Below, in pieces: positions 57,818 to 64,000 of a DNA stretch of 64,000 nucleotides. This stretch comes from Paraspadella gotoi (Eukaryota; Animalia; Chaetognatha). The stretch covers positions 6,775,431 to 6,839,430 of the forward strand of contig CM119266.1 in NCBI GenBank assembly GCA_051294375.1, written 5' to 3'. The position numbers were made by a program, and so were the translations under genes. A model generated the notes under the pieces. It had not been told where the DNA came from. It saw only the letters and a list, made by a program, of their open reading frames with translations, and did not search any database. Within the stretch, counting starts at the first letter, position 1, and each line of letters begins with the position of its first letter.

Positions 57818-60395
57818 GAAGGAAGAAAGTAAGTTTAGTAACCGTAACCTCTTTCCTACTGCAAGATTCTCCATCTTATTTTGGTCACTAATTCGATTCA
57901 ATTTCAATTTATTTCGATTTGATTTAAAAATAAAAAATAATTTTTTTTAATGTCGTTTTTGGGGTTTACTCGTTTTTTTTTTTAAGGAAATTCTAATTCT
58001 AATTCTAATTCTGCCTTTAAACATCATATTCATTTCTATTATTTTTAATTACTAGACTCGTTTTTTTAGAACAAAGTATTTTCTACTTTTAAAATTGGTA
58101 TGGAAAAGGTTCTGACCGCAACAACATATTTCATATATTTTTTTAAAACTAACGATGATTTAAAACCTTTAAGTTCAATTAAAAACAGAACACTCAAGTA
58201 CAAAAACGATGGCCAGTTATAAATCAATCAATTTTTTTCTAAAAACTCATACATAGTTCACAATGACTTTTGCCTAAAAACTCAACCTAATTGATTCAAA
58301 ATGACCCATTTTTTTGTTTGGCTAAAACGAAAAAAATTGTCTGCTTTGCGTTTTTCGGTTTCTGATCATAAACAACTCTCGATTTCATTCGAAATCTCAT
58401 CATTTTTCTGTTTCGATTTTTCGCCTCCTAAATACGATTCTTTTTTAGTATTAGAATAGACATGCTTCCGTCTGGGTTTGTTATTTATTACGTTGGAAGC
58501 TCATTTTCTGGTATAAGTTACGATCTCTGGCTTTAAATATATGCGTCATCGCGTTGGAATAGACTTGTGGGGTCACTTTTTCTCCGTCCCAAAAGCATCT
58601 CTGAGGCGTAGTTAAATAATGCACTTTTCCGATTGGTGTTTTTCAGATGCAATCCTGGTGGGCACTTTTTCTTTCAATACGCCCATCATGGGCCTGATTG
58701 GGCTACTGTAGATCTAAACCACATCCTACTGGAAGCCAATAGTTCTTCAGGCATTCTAGACCTTGCGGCCTTTGTTATTCTAACGGACGGATTTTTGTAA
58801 TATTTCCTTCAGTTTTGATCATTTTGACGACGGCATTTTTTTAATACCAATTCTAGTGACTTCTTTTTACTGTAATCCCAATTCGAGCGACTGCATTGTG
58901 TTCGCATCTCAATTCGCTCGATTGCATCTTAAGTTAATCGTTAATTCATGCGGCTGCATTTCTGTTTTCTATGAAAGCGAAAAATATGATGAGTCTTCCG
59001 AGTTCTGAGATCGGAGTGCGAGGCGCTCTGTTTGATTTCGTGAGCAAAAATCTTCCGTTTGTTTGTTTGCTTGTATTTTTATTTCTTTTTTCTTTCTTTT
59101 TTTTCTTTCTTTCTTCTATTCTTCTATCTATCTTTCTTTCTTTCTTTTTTTTTTTTCTATTTACCTTTTCTCATCTTTACCGGCCTTTCCATTCCATCAC
59201 GCTTATCAAATCTCTCCTCTCATTGGTCCAAACCATTCTCGTCTCCTCATTGGTCGATTCCTCGGGTGCAGCGGCGTCCAGCGTCTTACCTTACCATCGC
59301 CGAGCCCTCTGCGCAGGCTGCGCGACGCCGCCCGGGACATGCGCTCAACTGTTGCAGTCAACAGCTGCGGTCGTCGTCGCCGTTTGCATTTTTTTTCCGC
59401 TCCGTCCTAGATTTTTCAATTTTTTGTGTGTGTTGGATTGAGGGGGGGCGGGGTAAGGAAGAGAAGGAAGGACGGAGAAGCATTCCCCTTTTTTTTACGG
59501 ATCCGGTTTAAGATTTAATTGTTTCGAAGAGGAGAGGCCAAAGAAATTTAAGGTAAGGTAAAAAAAAAATAAGGCGAGGTCGTCTTTAAAATAAAAGGTC
59601 AGTTGAATCTCGCGAGTTTTTATGATTAAATCGAAAAGAACGAAACTCGTTTAGAAGTTCTTTCTTTCTTTCTTTTTTTTTCTTGTTTTTCTTTCTTTCT
59701 TTTTCTTTCGTCTTCAGACGGAAAATGAATCATCAACGCGTGGAGTCTGATGAAGGAACGAACGTTCATGAAAAGGAATGAATGGATGAATGAATGAACG
59801 AATAAATGGGTGATTGAAAAATTAATTTAAAAAAAAATGAAAAAATGAATGAATGATTGAATGAATGATTAAAAGAGTAAATGAGTGAATTAGTGAATAA
59901 TTGTTTGAATGAGTAATTGAATAAATGAATAAATAAATGAATTGGTAATGAACTAATAAAAAAATAAATGAAAGAATTAATAAATGCGTTAAGGAAGTCT
60001 ATGAATTTCTTACGGAAATTTAAAAAAAGTTAAAAAAATAGAAAGAAAACAAAGAAAAAGTCCTTCACAACCTTTGCACGCAATTAACTTCATTTACAGC
60101 GAATCTTAACTAAACGTTTTACTTCAAAACCAAATCTCAAGATTTAAATCTCAAGATTTATTGTTCTAAATCTAAAAACCGGAAATTTCGTTAAAACCGG
60201 AAAAAAAATTCTCTCTCACTCTCGAAATTTTTTCGTCAAGAATTTTTCTGTCTTCGGAAATATCCTCGTTATCTCCGAAAAGTCAAATCCCTTTTTGTAA
60301 AAATTAAATTAAATTTACAACTTGAGAGTTAATCATATTTACGAGTTTTTACTGTTTTTTTTTAAATGACTAATAATAATTGGCCGTGGTTTGTC

Positions 60396-60626
60396 TTTTT
60401 AGTCGAGCTGCGAGTACTCGCGGAGCAACTTTATAAGTCCCTTTTCGGTCCGTCTGTCAGTCAGTCGGTCGGTCGGTCGGTCGGTCGGTCGGTCGGTATC
60501 TCTGTCCGTCTGTCCAACGTTAAAAATGTATATAATTTGCCAATAGTTGGTTGCTCATTTGATAAGACAGAAAAAACCTCAAATTTAAAGGACCTTTTTT
60601 CGAGTACTCGCGACGCAACTAAAAAG
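60396..60626 (+). mobile_element. Non-autonomous Helentron/DINE-1-like (HINE) element, copy 2
   Basis: tttttagtcgag...gcaactttataagtcccttttcggtccgtctgtc(ggtc)n...cgagtactcgcgacgcaactaaaaa: T-rich ends, a repeated palindrome cgagtactcg and a GTCY microsatellite. Related to 33107-33189. Confidence 0.55.
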
Positions 60627-62033
60627 GTTGACAATTGTTTTATTTTTTCTATTGTTTTTTAAACATTCATTCCTTCCTCCTCCCATATCTCCTCCTCCTG
60701 CTCCTCCTCCTCCTCCTCCTCCTCCTCCTCCATCGATTTAAGCTTTCGTTCAACGAGATCTCGAAACCTGGACACCGTTAAAATAAAAAAAAGCCTCATC
60801 TTCGTCCTCTGATTGGTCGAAGCCGCTTTCGATCCAACGTCGAATCTCTCGACCAATCGCGTGGCTTCTCCTCTTCCTCGCGACGTCGCTCGATCGAATT
60901 CTCAAGGGGAAAAAACCCGAAAGAAAAAATTGATAAAACAGCGTCTCTTGGGGTTGGGGGGGGGGGAGAGAGTTTTGGGGGGGGAGAGTGGGGAAGGGGG
61001 GAAGGGGGAGAAGAGAGAGTAAGAGAGATAAGAGAAATGAGAGAGAGAGAGTACCGATCAAAGAAAGCGAATGAGGGAAAAAAAAGAAGCTCAACTAAAC
61101 AAACGTAAAACGAGGTAATGAGTATAAAGCAGTTGTTAGTTTATATAATTTTATTGACAGCTTGATCTTATGATTGATTTATAGATTGACTGATTAACTA
61201 ATTGATTAACAACCTGCAGTATTCCTTGATTAATTGATTGATCGTTTTTCGTCATTCATACCTTAAGCTAATACCAATTTCTTCATACTTTTGTTCAGTC
61301 CTTCATACATCCGTTCAATCATTTAACCACCATTTAATTATTCACATTCACTAAACTAATTCGTTAATCACATTCAATCGTAATCGAGACGAATCACATT
61401 CACGAGAAACTTTGACGTCGCGAGATTTTTCGAACTTCACGCGAAAAAAAAGGAAGAAAGGGAAAAAAAAGGAGTGAAAAGGTGAAATGATAACAATAGA
61501 ATTTATAGGAAGATGGGAAGGGATTAAATAGGGAGAATGAGAAGCTTGCAAAGAAGAGAGAACAGAAGGAGAAAAAGCTCATGTTGAAATCAAAAAGGAA
61601 AATTAAAGGGAAAAAAATATCAAAAATGTTTTTTCAAAGTTTTTTTTTCTCGTCTGCGCATGAGGCGAGGAAGAGAGGGAGGAAGGGGAGGAGGAGGAGG
61701 AAGAAGAGGACGAAGAAGGAGATATAAGTTTGAGAAAGGAAAAAACAGAAGGAGAGAGAGGAAGAAGACGAGAGGCGATAAACATAAACAGTTGATAAAA
61801 GAAAGAAGACGATGATGATGATAGTGATGATGATACTGAGATGATGATGATGATGTGATGAAAGTTATATTGCGATGATGATGATGATGATGATGATGAT
61901 CATAATAATGATGATGTGCTGAAGATGATAAAGTTGTTGATGATGCTGCTGATGATGACAATGGTGACGATGATAATAATTATGATAAGGATGTTGATGA
62001 TAATGATGAAATTAACAATGACGACGACGACGA

Positions 62034-62069
<36 letters not shown>

Positions 62070-62986
62070 GATGATTGATGATGATGATGATAACGACGCT
62101 GGCGAGAAGGATAACATCTATGATGCTCGATCCTCAAAAAAAAAAAAAAAAAAACTTCGATCTTTTTCTTTTTATCTTCCTCCTCCTCCTCCTCTCCTCC
62201 TCCTCCTCCTCCTCCTCCTCCTCCCATTACTCCTGACGCGATCGGGTCAGGTCGCTCTCTCCCAAATTTTTTTTTTCGTTCACATCTTTACTTCCGCGAC
62301 TCACCTTTTTCGTCGTCGTCGTCGTCGTCGTCGTCGTCGNNNNNNNNNNTATTTTTGTCAACCGAAATCCCGGAGAACCAAACCTCATTTTTTCTGCTCA
62401 AACTAACGAATTTTGTTATAAATTACAAAACAGTTTTTGACTTTATTCATTTTCGCCGTTTGGAGATGATCATAAACCATATTTTTTGTCATCTTTTAAA
62501 AAATCAAAACATTTATGAAGGATAAATTATAAATTTAATAAACAAAACTTAAAATGTGTATTTTAAATAAAAATTCCGCGACGTGAAAGTATATAATTGA
62601 ATAATTGAAATTGGAAAGTAAAAGATTTGGAAAATTTGATTTTTATTTCGAATTTAATAATGCTAAAAAGTGTAATGAATTTAAACATGGTTCCTATCTA
62701 TTTCATTCTGAAGTTTATATTTTATATAAATATATAATAATAAGAGTTTTTATTCGAATGCAACAAGGTTGATTCAGTTCAACAAACATATAATATATAT
62801 ATATATATAGATACTATATTCTTACCCTAAAGGATACGCTTTCACCTCCTCCTCTTTTCCGATTCGTATTTTCCTTTTTTCACTTTTCCTTTTTTTCCTT
62901 TGCTTCTTTTCGCACCCGACTACGAATCCCCGTTGCTTCCACGAATAAAGTTCCATTTTTTGGCGCTCTGTCTCTCTCTCTCTCTC

Positions 62987-63038
<52 letters not shown>

Positions 63039-63133
63039 CTCTCTCTCTCTCGTTAAAAGGGACTCATCTGGGAAAAAAAGAATTCTGGAAATTTTATCAT
63101 TCTTTCGGCGCCAAAGTAAAAAAAAACCGTACT

Positions 63134-63170
<37 letters not shown>

Positions 63171-64000
63171 TCTTTTAAAACTTGAGAAACAAAAATACCT
63201 TTGATCGCAAATGTTTCTGTTTGATGTTTTTCTTAACAAATTTTTTTTCCTCTTTAAATTAGATTTTAGAATCTGTAACAAATTTTCAACAGAATATTCT
63301 TTTTTTGAATTTCGTCCTATAATTCAAAAGATGTCTTAAAAACGAATTTTTTTCTGCGGTTTATAATTAAAACATACGTGTTAAACCAGCAATTAAAATA
63401 GTCCCAGACAATGCTGGACACAATTCTCACCGGGTCCCCTTAAATTTTTGTACTTTCAATTATAAAAATTGCGTCTTCATCTTCGCATCGATCTTCATTT
63501 TTGCGAAAGTCAATAAACGTCGCATCTTGAAACTTGTATATTTATGTTTCGTCTTTCTTCGTTTTATTCTTCTCTTTCTCTTAACTTTCAACTTCTTATC
63601 TTTGGGCAACATTTCTTTTCCTTCTTACAGGTTTTTACTTTTATCATCATCACAGTTCAGTTTAATCCCTTGAAAGCGATTTACATGTATTGGTGCGGCC
63701 ACTGGTTACTTTTATCATTATTTCTTTTCGTTTCTCTTCTACTTTTCTTATCATCTTTGAGTTCTTTTCTAATTGTAGGGTGGATTAAAATCTACCTACC
63801 TCTCTACCCTATCTCTACCCATTAGGGGCGCCGTAGGCAAGTTATTGGCTAAAGTTATTGTGCTAAATTAGGAACGGTTAATTAATTTATTTTAGAAACA
63901 TCATTTTATCTTTTCATAATCAATATATATATATATTAGATAATCAATATATGTACGCATTCTAAACTGTTAGATATCATTACAACGGTTACAGGTCCAC

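Noticed and set aside
59747-59780. Second hammerhead-like string CTGATGAAGGAACGAACGTTCATGAAA
   Set aside because: Extra bases precede GAAA and there is no stem III or NUH site. Similar partial strings at ~48583 and ~49254 also lack an intact core.

Overview
This is eukaryotic (animal, very probably bilaterian invertebrate) genomic DNA: AT-rich, saturated with microsatellites, with short GC/CpG-rich exons. Five spliced protein-coding genes can be rebuilt by hand: a myo-inositol/H+ symporter-like sugar porter (SLC2A13/HMIT-like, +, 460-4823), an SH2B/Lnk adaptor (Phe-zipper-PH-SH2, -, 8225-5540), a secreted, probably GPI-anchored Xaa-Pro aminopeptidase (M24B, -, 20679-11810), a secreted trypsin-like S1 protease (+, 23661-26939) and a Vsx/Chx10 homeobox gene (HD+CVC+OAR, +, ~31727-47680) with a 10.8-kb intron. 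The rest (48-64 kb) is gene-poor and holds repeat remnants, including a Penelope-type minimal hammerhead ribozyme. Two multi-kb tandem duplications straddle 25-N gaps and look like gap-filling artefacts; several 1-nt homopolymer frameshifts also suggest long-read errors. The most striking signal is an intron in the aminopeptidase active-site region that is itself a TA-flanked inverted-repeat element (introner-like). It has no usable GT donor, yet GG-AG or GC-AG splicing would remove it exactly. Across the window, splice sites are relaxed and many introns have G-rich 5' ends and C-rich 3' ends. Most ORFs in the supplied track are microsatellite artefacts. All gene models are manual and lack transcript support.
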